Part shown: positions 29,271 through 40,830 of the stretch, piece after piece
Position numbering within the stretch: the stretch's first letter is position 1
Layout of the letters: every line of letters begins with the position of its first letter
From: an uncultured Candidatus Saccharibacteria bacterium
GTDB lineage: Bacteria > Patescibacteriota > Minisyncoccia > Phycocordibacterales > UBA918
DNA length: 64,000 bases
Reading direction: 5' to 3'
Assembly (NCBI GenBank): GCA_964350645.1
Contig: CAYGJY010000002.1
Location: 340,936-404,935 of the forward strand
The notes under the pieces: generated by a model
Database searches by the model: none
Told to the model about the DNA's origin: nothing
What the model saw: the letters and a program-made list of their open reading frames with translations, nothing else
Translations under genes and position numbers: made by a program

Positions 29271-30770
29271 TTAGGTAATGACGAGGTCAAATCCTTCGAT
29301 AATATCACCCGGAGCGAGCGGTACTTTGGCTTCGATCTGCATACCAAATTCACCGTCTTTAATTTCTTGGATGTCAGACTTCATTTGTTGGAGATTTGAG
29401 ATCACTCCTTTGCCAACTTCGATATCACGGCGCATGATGCGAACTGTTTGTTTAAGTTTAAGTGAACCTTCTTCAACTCGGCCACCAAGTACGTGGGTAT
29501 TTTTTTGGGTACTAAAGTACTTAATGATTTTTGCTTTTCCGGTCAAAATTTCCTCTTCGACTTTTGGAGTTCGGTTTTTGAGAGCAGTATTGAGCCATTC
29601 AGAAAGTTCGTAAATAATATCGAAGGTATCAATCTCTACTCCTTGGCGCTCGGCGAGGTCGGCTGCAGCGCGTTCGACTTTGACGTTAAAACCAACAATG
29701 ATCGCTTCTTTAGTGGCGCTCACGTTCTGCACGTCGGCAACATTGATATCGCCAACACCACTGTCGATTACTCGGACAGCAATCCGGTCTGATTCAAACT
29801 TATCGAGTTCGTGTTGGATTGCTTCGATAGTTCCTGATACGTCAGCTTTGATCAAGATCGGAATTGTTGGTAGTTTCGAGCGAACAGCCTTTTCGGTTGT
29901 GGTGTTGGTGGCGGCTTCAGTGATGAGGCGTTCAGCCTCTTTTTTGTTGTCGACAGTAATAAAAGTATCACCAACATTAGGAATTTCGTTGAAGCCAACA
30001 ATACCAGCTGGTTCTGAGAGAGATGCTTCTTTGATGGTTTTGCCATTGAAGTCTTCCATGATGCGAACTGGAGAAGAAGCTGTACCAGAAACAATAAAAC
30101 TACCACTTTTCAGGGTGCCGTTTTTGATGAGGAGGGTCGCGGTATTGCCGCGCTTGCTGTCCATATGGGCTTCGATAATTTGACCAGTAGCTGAAGCGTT
30201 GATGTCACCAGTCAGTTCAGCGAGATCAGCGGCCAGAATGACAACGTCTAAGAGATCATCAATTCCATCACCAGCTTTGGCTGAGATTGGTACCCACGGG
30301 ATGTCACCACCCATACCTTCAATGTAGATTTCATGTTCAATCAGACTTGCTTGGGTCTTGGCAATATCAGCACCCGGTTTGTCGATTTTGTTGATCGCGA
30401 CGATGTAAGGGATCTCGGCTTGCTGAATGCTCTTAAGGGCTTCAAGCGTTTGGGTTTTGACGCCGTCTTCAGCAGATACAATCAAAATGGCTACGTCAGC
30501 AACATCAGCTCCTCGCAAGCGCATCTTCTGAAAGGCTTCGTGACCGGGGGTGTCAAGGAAGGTGATGCGCTCGTTAGCGCCATCTTTAGTAGTATGTTCG
30601 ACGACGTACGCAGAGAGGTGTTGGGTAATGCCCCCAGCCTCACCATCAACCACATTGCTTTTACGGATGGTATCGAGCAGGGTTGATTTGCCGTGGTCAA
30701 TATGACCCATAATAACTACGACTGGCGGCCGTTTGACAATATTTGGTTGTGCGGTTTTTTTCTTAGCCAT
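29271..30770 (-). CDS. infB: Translation initiation factor IF-2 (short form without N-terminal domain)
   Basis: [38 protein letters not shown]. Confidence 0.97.
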   Translation of the reverse strand: MAKKKTAQPNIVKRPPVVVIMGHIDHGKSTLLDTIRKSNVVDGEAGGITQHLSAYVVEHTTKDGANERITFLDTPGHEAFQKMRLRGADVADVAILIVSAEDGVKTQTLEALKSIQQAEIPYIVAINKIDKPGADIAKTQASLIEHEIYIEGMGGDIPWVPISAKAGDGIDDLLDVVILAADLAELTGDINASATGQIIEAHMDSKRGNTATLLIKNGTLKSGSFIVSGTASSPVRIMEDFNGKTIKEASLSEPAGIVGFNEIPNVGDTFITVDNKKEAERLITEAATNTTTEKAVRSKLPTIPILIKADVSGTIEAIQHELDKFESDRIAVRVIDSGVGDINVADVQNVSATKEAIIVGFNVKVERAAADLAERQGVEIDTFDIIYELSEWLNTALKNRTPKVEEEILTGKAKIIKYFSTQKNTHVLGGRVEEGSLKLKQTVRIMRRDIEVGKGVISNLQQMKSDIQEIKDGEFGMQIEAKVPLAPGDIIEGFDLVIT

Positions 30771-30868
30771 AACGTTAGTTTCTCTAATGAAAAACGCCTC
30801 GAGTGGGCGGATAGAGAATTAGGTGGCAGTGATTATAACAGATATTTACAGTTTTTCCAGGGTGTGAC

Positions 30869-32110
30869 ATGATGCTGGCAATGATTTCATGGCTTAAAAG
30901 CAGGTTGGTAAAAAAGAACGCACAGCGGATTTATTTAGACTTTGCCGCCACGACACCAGTGAGTGGAGAAGTGAAAGCTGCCATGCAGCCGTATTTTTCG
31001 GAGATATATGGAAATCCAAGTGCGGTGCATCGCGAAGGTGTGGCCAGTAAGATGGCAATTGAAGACGCGCGGACGTCGCTCGGGCGGACCCTGCGGGTCC
31101 GCCCGAGCGACGTCGTCTTTACTTCTGGCGGTACCGAGAGCAATAATCTGGCGATGTACGGTACACTCCGTCATATAATTAGTGCAGGGGGAAAATATAG
31201 TGACCTCGAAGTGATCACTACCCGAATCGAACATCCATCTATTTCAGAAGTAATGAATGATCTTGTGGAGCTGGGTGTGCAGGTGTCCTATCTTGATGTT
31301 GATGAAGAGGGTCTTATTAATCCGCAGCAGCTAGAGACACTTTTGAATCCACACGTAGCTTTAGTGACGTTAGCGTATGTAAACAGTGAGGTCGGTGTGA
31401 TTCAGCCAGTTCGTCACCTAGCGCGCGTTATTAAGGCGTTCAATCAGGAAAATGGTACGAAGGTGTGTTTGCATCTTGATGCCTGCCAAGCACCGCTGTG
31501 GTTGCCAGTGCAACTCGACAGTCTTGGATGTGATTTGCTGAGTCTTGATGCCGGGAAGTGTTATGGTCCAAAAGGAGTGGGTGTCCTGGCAAAGCGTCAC
31601 CATGTTGCTCTGGCACCGACGATGCTCGGTGGTAGTCAAGAAGGTGGTTTGCGGGCTGGGACTGAGAACGTACCGTTAGTCATCGGCTCTGCGATAGCAC
31701 TCAACAAAGCTCAGTCGCAATGTGAAATCAATCAAGCCAAGATAAGCCAGTTGCGTGACTATATGATTGAAAGCTTGCAGCGGGCACTACCTGACTGCGT
31801 TGTTAATGGCTCACGGGTAGACCGGGTAGCTAATAACGTCAATATTTCAATTCCTGGAATCGACACAGAGTTCGCTGTGATCTCACTTGACGTCGCTGGA
31901 GTGGCTGCGAGTACTAAGAGTGCCTGTAGTGGAGCTGATGGGGGAGGATCGACTGTGGTTCGTGTTATGACAGGCGATGAGGTTCGGGCACATTCGACTA
32001 TTCGTTTTTCGCTTGGAACCCTTACTACTAAAGCTGAAATCGACACTGCAGTGTCGATTCTACAGGCTCACGTTAAGCAGATGCAGACGTTCCAAAAAAC
32101 TTTGACTTAG
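30869..32110 (+). CDS. Cysteine desulfurase (IscS/NifS family)
   Basis: YLDFAATTP, TSGGTESNN, AGKCYGPKGVG, RAGTEN, SAC. Confidence 0.92.
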   Translation: MMLAMISWLKSRLVKKNAQRIYLDFAATTPVSGEVKAAMQPYFSEIYGNPSAVHREGVASKMAIEDARTSLGRTLRVRPSDVVFTSGGTESNNLAMYGTLRHIISAGGKYSDLEVITTRIEHPSISEVMNDLVELGVQVSYLDVDEEGLINPQQLETLLNPHVALVTLAYVNSEVGVIQPVRHLARVIKAFNQENGTKVCLHLDACQAPLWLPVQLDSLGCDLLSLDAGKCYGPKGVGVLAKRHHVALAPTMLGGSQEGGLRAGTENVPLVIGSAIALNKAQSQCEINQAKISQLRDYMIESLQRALPDCVVNGSRVDRVANNVNISIPGIDTEFAVISLDVAGVAASTKSACSGADGGGSTVVRVMTGDEVRAHSTIRFSLGTLTTKAEIDTAVSILQAHVKQMQTFQKTLT

Positions 32111-32229
32111 AGCTACATTTATTGCAATATAACTCTATACGATCCGTATGAAAAGGTACGACAGTTTTGCAGCTACCGACCGATGATCCGTCCCGAGGTG
32201 TCGTATAATGAGTCTAATAATATTGAACT

Positions 32230-34932
32230 ATGCCTAATTTTCACAACTTTACATCCCGGGCAAAAGAAGCAATTCGGAAAGCCCATGAACTAGCCATCGA
32301 ACGTGGTCAGAACCATGTCAGCCCAGTACATTTACTCACTGCCTTGGCAATGCAAGATGAAAGTACAGTGATCTCAGTACTCGATCGTCTTGATATCGAC
32401 ATTATTGTTTTTACTGACTTACTGATTGAGGCACTCGAAGGTCCAGAAATGAATTCAACTGTCTCGCAGTCGTATCAGCTGTACCTAACACCTGAGCTCG
32501 CTAAGGCGCTTGAGCACTCAGGCCGTGTGGCTGAGCAACTCGGTGACTCCTATGTTGGAGTGGAGCACCTTTTCTTAGCTGCGCTCGAATACCCAGGACC
32601 AGCTGTCGAAGTGTTGCAACGGTCTAACATAGACAAGACTCAAGTAGCCTCAACCCTGCAAGAGATCCGTGATAACAACATTACTGACGCAACGTCACCA
32701 AAGAAGTATCGAGCACTAGCTAAGTACACTAGAAACCTCACTAAGTTGGCGCAAGATAATAAACTTGACCCAGTAATCGGGCGCGACGTGGAGGTGCAGC
32801 GTGTAATTCAGATTCTTTCTCGACGCACGAAGAACAATCCCGTCTTGATTGGAGAAGCTGGTGTGGGGAAGACAGCGATTGCTGAAGGATTAGCTCAACA
32901 GATCGTCCAAGGACAGGTTCCGGAGTCAGTCAAAGAGAAAGAGATCTTATCGCTCGACCTGGGACTCTTGGTAGCGGGGACAAAGTTTCGCGGTGAGTTT
33001 GAAGAGCGTTTGAAGGCAGTTATGAAAGAGATCGAACAGTCAGAAGGTTCCATTATTCTGTTTATTGATGAGCTTCACACAATTGTGGGTGCTGGTCAGG
33101 CTGAAGGTTCAATGGACGCCAGTAATATGCTGAAGCCTGCTCTGGCGCGCGGTGAAATGCGGGTAATTGGTGCGACAACACTCAAGGAATACCAAAAGCA
33201 CATCGAACGTGATCCAGCACTGACACGTCGCTTCCAGCCAGTATTTGTGAATGAACCAAGTCAGGAAGACGCGGTTGCAATTTTGCGTGGGATTGCTGAA
33301 AAGTACGAACTCTTCCACGGCGTGCGGATTACTGATGATGCGATTGTTTCAGCAGTTGATTTGTCGATGCGTTATATCACTGATCGATTCTTACCGGATA
33401 AGGCAGTGGATTTGATTGATGAGGCTGCATCAGCTCTACGTATTTCGCTTGAGAACAAGCCTGAAGAATTGGTGGTGTCTGACCGACAGATCCGTCGTCT
33501 CGAAATTGAAAAAGAAGCGTTGAAGAAGGAGTTGGAAACTAGTGATCAAAAGAAACGACTACAAGATCGTTTAAAAGAAATTGATGCTGAGATTGGTGAG
33601 CTTAAAGAAAAAACCAAAGCTCTTGAAACGAAGTGGAATAATGAAAAAGAAGCGCTCGGGGAGATCAGCCGTTTGAAAAAAGAACTCGAAGAACTCCGAC
33701 TCGAAGCAGAATCAGCCGAAGCGATCGCTGACTTAACCCGAGCCGCAGAAATCCGTTACGACACAATTCCAGCTGTGCAGAAAGAGCTCGAACAAAAAAC
33801 CAAACGTTTGAAGAAACTCCAGCGCAGCCGACGACTGCTCAAAGAAGAAATTACAGAAGAAGATATTGCCCTCGTTGTCTCACGGTGGACTGGTATTCCA
33901 GTGATGCGGATGCTTGAAGAAGAAGCGGAAAAGCTATCACGGATGGAGGAAGAGCTGCATACTCGCGTAGTTGGGCAAGATCAGGCAGTCAAATTGGTAG
34001 CAGATGCAGTCAAGCGCTCACGCGCTGGTATTGCCGACCCAAACCGACCAATTGGTTCGTTTCTCTTCCTCGGACCAACGGGTGTTGGAAAGACTGAACT
34101 TTCAAAAGCTTTGGCTGAGTTTATGTTTGATGATCCGGATGCACTCTTGCGGATTGATATGTCTGAGTTTATGGAGAAACATTCAGTCTCAAAGATCATT
34201 GGGTCTCCACCAGGTTACGTTGGCCACGAAGAGGGCGGTACGATTACTGAACGGGTCCGCCGTCGACCGTATTCAGTTATCTTACTCGACGAGATTGAAA
34301 AAGCTCATCCTGAAGTCTTCAATATCCTTCTCCAAGTGCTTGATTCAGGTCATCTTACCGACGCGAAAGGTCGCAAGATCAACTTTAAGAATACGATCAT
34401 TATCATGACCTCAAACATTGGTGCCGAACATATCGATCGGATGTCGAGTTTTGGTTTCAGTATCGACAAGGATGAAGAGGCTGAGTATGGTCAGGCTAAA
34501 GACAAGGTAATGGAAAGTCTCAAGTCGTTCTTCCGTCCGGAATTCTTGAACCGTCTCGATGAAACAATTATCTTCGATATTCTCTCACCAGAGACTATCG
34601 CTGAGATTGTGAAGATGCAAGTTGGTGAAGTGCAGAAGCGCTTAGCGCAGAAGGAGATTGATCTTTCGGTCAATAAGGAAGTCTTAGCGTATCTCACTAA
34701 GGAAGGGTATGATCCAAAGTTTGGGGCTCGTCCTTTGAAGCGTGTTATCCAAAGTAAAATCCTCACCCCAGTGGCTAACATGATGGTGGGTGAAGGGATG
34801 CTGCAAGGTGGGACAGTCAAGGTGGCAATGAAGAAGGGTGAACTCGACTTCGATATTAAAAAGAAAGCTCGCAGACGCTCTACCGCTGCCAAAAAGACCG
34901 TTGCAAAGAAACGTGAAGCAGTAGCAGCTTAG
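32230..34932 (+). CDS. clpB: ATP-dependent chaperone ClpB
   Basis: Two AAA modules ([16 protein letters not shown]), long coiled-coil M-domain, GSPPGYVG. Confidence 0.93.
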   Translation: MPNFHNFTSRAKEAIRKAHELAIERGQNHVSPVHLLTALAMQDESTVISVLDRLDIDIIVFTDLLIEALEGPEMNSTVSQSYQLYLTPELAKALEHSGRVAEQLGDSYVGVEHLFLAALEYPGPAVEVLQRSNIDKTQVASTLQEIRDNNITDATSPKKYRALAKYTRNLTKLAQDNKLDPVIGRDVEVQRVIQILSRRTKNNPVLIGEAGVGKTAIAEGLAQQIVQGQVPESVKEKEILSLDLGLLVAGTKFRGEFEERLKAVMKEIEQSEGSIILFIDELHTIVGAGQAEGSMDASNMLKPALARGEMRVIGATTLKEYQKHIERDPALTRRFQPVFVNEPSQEDAVAILRGIAEKYELFHGVRITDDAIVSAVDLSMRYITDRFLPDKAVDLIDEAASALRISLENKPEELVVSDRQIRRLEIEKEALKKELETSDQKKRLQDRLKEIDAEIGELKEKTKALETKWNNEKEALGEISRLKKELEELRLEAESAEAIADLTRAAEIRYDTIPAVQKELEQKTKRLKKLQRSRRLLKEEITEEDIALVVSRWTGIPVMRMLEEEAEKLSRMEEELHTRVVGQDQAVKLVADAVKRSRAGIADPNRPIGSFLFLGPTGVGKTELSKALAEFMFDDPDALLRIDMSEFMEKHSVSKIIGSPPGYVGHEEGGTITERVRRRPYSVILLDEIEKAHPEVFNILLQVLDSGHLTDAKGRKINFKNTIIIMTSNIGAEHIDRMSSFGFSIDKDEEAEYGQAKDKVMESLKSFFRPEFLNRLDETIIFDILSPETIAEIVKMQVGEVQKRLAQKEIDLSVNKEVLAYLTKEGYDPKFGARPLKRVIQSKILTPVANMMVGEGMLQGGTVKVAMKKGELDFDIKKKARRRSTAAKKTVAKKREAVAA

Positions 34933-34948
34933 AGATAACTCTGATAAA

Positions 34949-34990
34949 AGACACAAAAAACTGGCTTGAAAGAGCCAGTTTTTTGTGTCT
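34949..34990. terminator. Bidirectional terminator (clpB; would follow tRNA-Tyr in the empty site)
   Basis: 18-bp inverted repeat with A/T tracts. Confidence 0.85.
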
Positions 34991-35146
34991 GCCTGTGCGC
35001 TGAGATGGAGGCGGTTCGACAACTTTGTGTAGTTTGAATTTGCTAATCAACAGCCCAAACCTTCCTTCAAAGTAAATATAAGAGATAATAAACATAAGAG
35101 CTTGATTACATTTGGGGTAGTCCCTGGAAGGACATACCCCGCTTCG

Positions 35147-35305
35147 CTATCGTCGGTGCTTTGTAGCATCGGCGAGAGTGAAGGTACGAGCTTTACCCCT
35201 GTAAGGAGGAACACGTTCACCTTTGGTGAGCGTGATTTCATATTTCGTACCATTCACACGATACTGGCCACTCTTTGGCGCAGTACCACCAGTCTTAGTA
35301 GACAT
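35147..35305 (-). CDS. YjzC-like small protein (52 aa, missing from ORF track)
   Basis: MSTKTGGTAPKSGQYRVNGTKYEITLTKGERVPPYRGKARTFTLADATKHRR matches the K.G..AP.SGQY..TL.KGE..PP pattern; a hairpin follows. Confidence 0.75.
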   Translation of the reverse strand: MSTKTGGTAPKSGQYRVNGTKYEITLTKGERVPPYRGKARTFTLADATKHRR

Positions 35306-35479
35306 AATGATGTGTAAATTACGGATTGATAATCTAACCGCCCTCGACAGGGACGGCCAGTTGTCATCCGTGTATCGAGAACAGATTATCTATTCCTGTG
35401 GAGAGACACCCCCAAATGCAATCAAAGTGCAATTCTGTAACTATTATACCAATATTAGTTACAAATAACATTTCAACAT

Positions 35480-35623
35480 ATGTCGATTTCAAAAGATGCA
35501 GCCGATGAGTTCAAGCGAATTCATAAAGAGAAGTACGATGCAGAGCTTGCTGGTGCAGGAAAACTCATGTCATCGCGGTATCTCCATGACTGGACTTGCT
35601 GTGATATGCGCGTAAAATCTTAA
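35480..35623 (+). CDS. Small protein, possible degenerate paralogue of 41955..42134
   Basis: MSISKDAADEFKRIHKEKYDAEL resembles MELPEEHMKEFIALYKKHYGVVL. Confidence 0.4.
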   Translation: MSISKDAADEFKRIHKEKYDAELAGAGKLMSSRYLHDWTCCDMRVKS

Positions 35624-35626
35624 CTA

Positions 35627-38600
35627 ATGGTCAAATGGATTACAGCAACTGAAATTACAGCTTGGGTTAAGCGTGATAGTCGGCGTGCTCAGGAAAAATT
35701 GCCAGAATTGGTCCGCAAGCTGATACAAGCAACCGCATCATCTATAGATAGAATAAACTTTCCGTGCGACGGTAGTGTTACTTCCGGTGGTTGGGATGGG
35801 CATTTGGAAACGAAAGCAAAGACACCCTTTTTCCCAAGCGGACTATCAAAATGGGAAATGGGAGTTGGGGAGTCGTGCGGAAATAAGGCAGACAGTGATT
35901 ATAAGAGCCGGACAGCAGATCCTTTGGATGCTGTACCAGCTGATACTGTCTATGTCCAGGTTTCACCTCAGCCGTGGATAGATCGTGATAATTGGGTGAA
36001 AGCAAAAAAGACTGAGGACATATGGAAAGACGTTCGTGCAATTGGTGCCGACGACCTTGAGTTGTGGCTAGAATCAGCACCTGCAGTAGCATTATGGCTA
36101 GCAAAGGAGATGAAGAAGATCGGCTCTGCAATAAGGGACATAGAAGCTTGGTGGGAATATTGGTCAACCATGACAAATCCCTTTCTCAGTGTCGATCTGG
36201 TTATTTCTGGAAGACAAGACGAGGTCAATGAAATTCATGGGTGGTATAGGAACGGTCCTAATATTTTTGAGATGCAAGGCGATGATGCGCAAGAACCGTT
36301 CGCATTTTTATATTCAGCTCTATCAAAGTTACCGGAAGAAGAATGTCAGAGAGCTTTTTCAAGGTGTGTAGTTGTGGAAACAATTGAGCAGTTACGAGAT
36401 TGCTACGAGTCATTTGTTCATCCTCTAATTATAGCTGTCCCAGCAGAATGCATTGAAGAGGCACATATGGCAGTAAACAAAGGCCATCACGTATTTGTGA
36501 GCGCAAACGCAATGGATCGCTACCGTTATGTGCATAAACTTTCAAGAGCAAAGCGTGAACCAATGCAAGAAGCTTTAGAAAAGTTGGGATTGTCAGAGGC
36601 AGACGCCACTCGTTGTATTCGTAATACAGGGAGAAGCATTCCAGTCATTCGGCGCCAGAGGTTTAAAGCTAGTAACAAGACGCCAGAATGGGCTAAACAA
36701 GAAAATTCAAAGTTTTTACTTCCGGCGTTGTTGGCAGGAGCGTGGACTGATGGACGAGAGGGTGACAAAGAGATGATGGAGGCATTGTCTGGCATGCCTT
36801 ACAGTAAGTTTTCAAAGAGCATAAAGCCATTAACTAAGGTTGAAGACTCTCCCTTAATCAAAGTTGGGCATGTATGGATGTTAAAGTCACCTTTGGATGC
36901 TTGGTTTCTTGCTGCACAGTATTTAGATCAAGACGATTTTACCAATTTTAGACGAGGATTAAGTGCAGTATTAACTGAAACTGATCCAAAGTATGATCTT
37001 CCTTCTAGTGAACGTTGGATGGCAGGTGTAAAAGGTAAAACTCCAAAATGTTCAAGATGGGTTAGGAGGGGGTTGGTAGAGTCGTTAGTTTTGCTCTCAG
37101 TGTATGGTGACAAAATCTCTGAAGAAATTAATTCACCAGAAGATTTTGCGTATTCGGTAGTAAAGGATCTTTTAGATGCGGCTAATACATGGGAGGCATG
37201 GGCTACGCTAAAAGATGTAATGCCACTGCTTGCAGAAGCTTCACCTGATGCATTTATAGATGTTCTTGATGAGAAGATTGATTCTGAAAAAGAAATTTTT
37301 GTTGAGTTGATGAAGGATGATGAAGATCGTTTTGGCTTTGGTGATTGTCGTCACTCAGGCTTGTTATGGGCTTTGGAAAGTATTGCGTGGGACCCAGAAT
37401 ACGTCACCGCCGCGTCAATGGCGCTTTTAAAGTTGGCTCAAATTGATCCTGGTGGAAGATGGTCTAACAGACCACTTGCTAGTCTTACAGACATTTTATT
37501 ACCAGCATTGCCTCAGACTTACGCGAACGCAAAGCAGCGTGTTAAGGTTTACAAAAAGATTATTAAAGAAGACGCCGTGATTGCATGGCAGCTGGCAAGT
37601 AGTCACATGGGTGGTGGTACAGTTTCACCATCGCATTCTTTCCAATGGAGAGATATGGGTGGTGATAGAGGCGCGTTACAGCAAGTGTCGAGTGAGGATT
37701 ACACTGAGTATTTGAAGTCAATGTTTCCTATTTGGGCAGATTTAGTTTGTGTAAACAACTCTACGGTATCAAGTGGCATAGAGGATTTTATTCGGTTACC
37801 CGAAGAAATTAGAAAAAGTCTTGTAAAGAAACTTGACCAGTTAGATAAGAAATCTTTCTCAATTGAGGAAAGGAAGGTTATTTTGCAACACTTGAGACAC
37901 ACTTTAAATTGGATTCTCAATTATGATAAGGAAGAAAATTATAAAAAACACGTTCCGGCACTTAGGAGAGCCTATAATTTGTTAACGCCAGAGGATCCAT
38001 TGGATCGAATTGATTGGTTATTTCAAGACGGTTGGCCAGATTTACCAGAAGCAACAAAAAGACATGATCAACAGGAACGCCTTGAGGAACTTCGGATAGA
38101 GGCGGCGAAAATGCTGCTTGAAGAGGTGTCACTTGGTGCTATTGGAAAGTATGGCTCCGGATTGAATTATCAAGCAGCTTTTGGGTCAGCTTTTGCCAAG
38201 GCTGAAGGGAAAAAACATGATCCGGGTATTGTTAGTGAATTTTCAAAGTACGTAAAAGAAAGTCCATGGTTATTGGTTGGTTATGCGATGGGTTTGTTTG
38301 ATTCTGGTGGACAAAAGGCTGTTTTGGGTCAAATTGAGGTAGTTGAAGCAGGTAAGCTAAAATCACAAGAAAAAATCATTGCGTCACTCTTAAGAGGATT
38401 GCCTGAGCAAAGTGACACATGGTCCATTGTGGAATCTTACGGCGATCGAGTTGGTAAAGAATATTGGCTTTTGGCTTCTGGATATACAAGAAGAGATGAT
38501 CAGAAAAAACATGATGCAGAGTATGCGGTTAAAAAGCTTATTGATGTCGGTAGGCCTGGGGTCGCGGTTCGTATAGCTGGAGATTCACATGGTTCTTTAC

Positions 38601-39424
38601 CAAGTGCACTTCTAAAGCAGGTCCTGTTAGAACTTCTTAACTTAAGTGTTGAAGACAAGAATATGATTGATGGATCAATGTTGGAGTTTTATTTATCAAA
38701 TATATTTGACCAACTGTACAAAAATGACGATCTCACTTTAGAAGAGATTGGAGCTTTGGAGTGGCCATATGCACAAATTTTTGACCACCATCACAAAAGG
38801 ACTAAATCCCCAATGGCTTTGCATCAAAATCTACAAAGCAACCCAGGTTTTTTTGTAGAGCTTTTGTCGTACTTATATAAAAAGGATGATGGTTCAAATT
38901 CTAAGCCGGACAATCTATCAAAAAAACAAGCTGAAAATATTGCAAAGAACGCATACGAAGTTCTCCATACTTGGAGTCTGGTGCCGGGTGTAAGTAGTAG
39001 TGGAGAGGTAGATAAAGAGGTTCTGCGCGAATGGGTCATTACAGCTAGAAAAATGGCCAAAGAGCAAAGTTATTTAAAGGGCTGTGATCTTAAGTTGGCT
39101 GAGATTCTATCTAAAATGCCACAAGATTCAGATGGTGTGTGGCCTCATGTCGCACTGCGTGATCTGCTTGAAGAAGTAAAAAGCTCGATACTTGATAAGC
39201 ACATTCCATTTGCTATCTACAATAGCCGAGGAGTGCGTTCAAAAAGTTTGACGGATGGAGGAAGTGAAGAAAGAAGGTTGGCAGATAAATATATGGCCTG
39301 GTCGAAGGAGTTAAGTGATAACTGGCCGCGTACTTCTAGGGTTCTAAAAAACCTCTCCACTATGTTTAGTAGAGATGCAGAAAGAGAAGACATTGATTCC
39401 CAACTTCACGACTTAGAGTACTAG
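35627..39424 (+). CDS. Large protein with PD-(D/E)xK-like N-terminus and long helical C-terminus; putative antiphage factor
   Basis: GWDG..WEMG..KA..DY..R N-terminal motif; 1265 aa; cargo of the integrated element. Confidence 0.6.
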   Translation: MVKWITATEITAWVKRDSRRAQEKLPELVRKLIQATASSIDRINFPCDGSVTSGGWDGHLETKAKTPFFPSGLSKWEMGVGESCGNKADSDYKSRTADPLDAVPADTVYVQVSPQPWIDRDNWVKAKKTEDIWKDVRAIGADDLELWLESAPAVALWLAKEMKKIGSAIRDIEAWWEYWSTMTNPFLSVDLVISGRQDEVNEIHGWYRNGPNIFEMQGDDAQEPFAFLYSALSKLPEEECQRAFSRCVVVETIEQLRDCYESFVHPLIIAVPAECIEEAHMAVNKGHHVFVSANAMDRYRYVHKLSRAKREPMQEALEKLGLSEADATRCIRNTGRSIPVIRRQRFKASNKTPEWAKQENSKFLLPALLAGAWTDGREGDKEMMEALSGMPYSKFSKSIKPLTKVEDSPLIKVGHVWMLKSPLDAWFLAAQYLDQDDFTNFRRGLSAVLTETDPKYDLPSSERWMAGVKGKTPKCSRWVRRGLVESLVLLSVYGDKISEEINSPEDFAYSVVKDLLDAANTWEAWATLKDVMPLLAEASPDAFIDVLDEKIDSEKEIFVELMKDDEDRFGFGDCRHSGLLWALESIAWDPEYVTAASMALLKLAQIDPGGRWSNRPLASLTDILLPALPQTYANAKQRVKVYKKIIKEDAVIAWQLASSHMGGGTVSPSHSFQWRDMGGDRGALQQVSSEDYTEYLKSMFPIWADLVCVNNSTVSSGIEDFIRLPEEIRKSLVKKLDQLDKKSFSIEERKVILQHLRHTLNWILNYDKEENYKKHVPALRRAYNLLTPEDPLDRIDWLFQDGWPDLPEATKRHDQQERLEELRIEAAKMLLEEVSLGAIGKYGSGLNYQAAFGSAFAKAEGKKHDPGIVSEFSKYVKESPWLLVGYAMGLFDSGGQKAVLGQIEVVEAGKLKSQEKIIASLLRGLPEQSDTWSIVESYGDRVGKEYWLLASGYTRRDDQKKHDAEYAVKKLIDVGRPGVAVRIAGDSHGSLPSALLKQVLLELLNLSVEDKNMIDGSMLEFYLSNIFDQLYKNDDLTLEEIGALEWPYAQIFDHHHKRTKSPMALHQNLQSNPGFFVELLSYLYKKDDGSNSKPDNLSKKQAENIAKNAYEVLHTWSLVPGVSSSGEVDKEVLREWVITARKMAKEQSYLKGCDLKLAEILSKMPQDSDGVWPHVALRDLLEEVKSSILDKHIPFAIYNSRGVRSKSLTDGGSEERRLADKYMAWSKELSDNWPRTSRVLKNLSTMFSRDAEREDIDSQLHDLEY

Positions 39425-39481
39425 ATAATCTTGAAAGTATTACCTAATTTACCAAAAGTAAAAGAGAAGGCATCAAATCTC

Positions 39482-40051
39482 TTAATAAACATTACGAAAT
39501 TCGTAGTAGCCATAACCAAGAATCTCTTTATTGAATACTACAACACCGTGTACACAGCCTGTTACAGCAGGGTAAAAAGTAAATGACGCTATATCTTCGG
39601 TAGGGTTGTTAATTGGTTGATTCTCAAGAATGCGTATGAGTGTGCTTACAAATGATAGCCATGATTCGTCATTTTTAAAATGCTCAGCGCTGATACCGTT
39701 ATTCCCTGTAGCTTCAAGTATTTCAACACGAAGTTTTTTCATATAGGCGAAATCCATCGATGGTGACTCTGTAGATACAGCCGCAGGATTTTCGATTTGT
39801 TTTTTTGCATCCAAATATATTTCAGACATCATTTGTCGCATGTTTTCAGTGACTCGGTCTTTTTCTGTATGTACCGTCCAGTCACAGTAAAATCTCAAAA
39901 GTGTGTGAGATCCTGTTTTCCAATGGTCACTTTTATGGTCCAGTATCTTTCTCATTTGAACCATGAAGTAAACAACTTCTTTCTCCGAACTGATACAAGG
40001 TATTTCGCCCAGTATTTCATTCAGCTTATGTACTATTTCTAGCTCTGCCAT
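39482..40051 (-). CDS. Hypothetical protein
   Basis: E.EVVYFMVQMRK..LRFYCDWTVH; element cargo. Confidence 0.7.
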   Translation of the reverse strand: MAELEIVHKLNEILGEIPCISSEKEVVYFMVQMRKILDHKSDHWKTGSHTLLRFYCDWTVHTEKDRVTENMRQMMSEIYLDAKKQIENPAAVSTESPSMDFAYMKKLRVEILEATGNNGISAEHFKNDESWLSFVSTLIRILENQPINNPTEDIASFTFYPAVTGCVHGVVVFNKEILGYGYYEFRNVY

Positions 40052-40156
40052 TTGTAGATTAAAGCATAAAAAGAATAGTTGCAGTAGTTTTGACCAAAAC
40101 ACAGCTATATGAGTACAATAGCTTTGAATCTTTGATTCTTATCAAAAATCAAACTT

Positions 40157-40426
40157 ATGGCACGAGGAGGCAAAAGACCAGGCGCCGGTCGTAAAAAAGG
40201 ATATGCAGCAAAGACCGCCGAAGAGACACGGAAAGTTATTGCTGAACTTGTTTCAAAAGATATTACCCCAATCACCAAGGCTTTAATTAAAAAAGCTAAA
40301 CAGGGTGATGTTCGCGCCTCTAGTCTATTGTTTGACAGAGCTTTTGGTAAGCAAACAAATGAACCTAAAAATCAGACCTTTTCTTTTAATGTAGCTGAAA
40401 TGAGGGAGAGGTATAAGCCTGATTAA
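40157..40426 (+). CDS. Terminase small subunit-like protein
   Basis: MARGGKRPGAGRKKG start; ALIKKAKQGDVRA..LFDRAFGK. Confidence 0.6.
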   Translation: MARGGKRPGAGRKKGYAAKTAEETRKVIAELVSKDITPITKALIKKAKQGDVRASSLLFDRAFGKQTNEPKNQTFSFNVAEMRERYKPD

Positions 40427-40641
40427 AAATTAAGACACCTTAGTGATTTTACTGAATTTGAAGAGCTATATTCATCACAAAATCGAGCTTGGTAGTATGT
40501 TTCTTCCCAATATCTGCTTTCGGTAGTATCAATTGTTTTGTAACTGATTCCTTGAAGTTCTATTATTAAAATTGTCAGTAGTATCAGAATGCCTAATTTG
40601 AACCAGTTTCTACTAATGAAAGATAAGATTTGTTTTTTCAT
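40423..40641 (-). CDS. Small membrane-anchored protein
   Basis: NWFKLGILILLTIL TM helix and two C-terminal Cys. Confidence 0.6.
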   Translation of the reverse strand: MKKQILSFISRNWFKLGILILLTILIIELQGISYKTIDTTESRYWEETYYQARFCDEYSSSNSVKSLRCLNF

Positions 40642-40661
40642 GTGTATTAATTATTGGGATA

Positions 40662-40830
40662 TACAAAAAGCCCACTGCTAAAAGGTAGGACGTGAGTCCA
40701 CATGATCAGTTTCCCAAACATGACACAGAACGTGACCCCGTTAACAGCGGGTTCTTTATCGTTCTGTGGTTAACTTATTCGCACCATATCGCCAGCGAAC
40801 TGTCGGGTTAGGTGACTATATTGTTTAAGT
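40662..40830 (-). ncRNA. Structured leader with alternative pairings and U-tract
   Basis: CCCGCUGUUAA/UUAGCAGUGGG stem (G-U on minus strand) + UUUUU; competing CACAGAACG/CGUUCUGUG pairing. Confidence 0.45.

Noticed and set aside
32100-32229. Heat-shock operator (CIRCE/CtsR) or thermometer upstream of clpB
   Set aside because: No TTAGCACTC-N9-GAGTGCTAA or CtsR repeat; only a weak TACGACA/TGTCGTA pairing.
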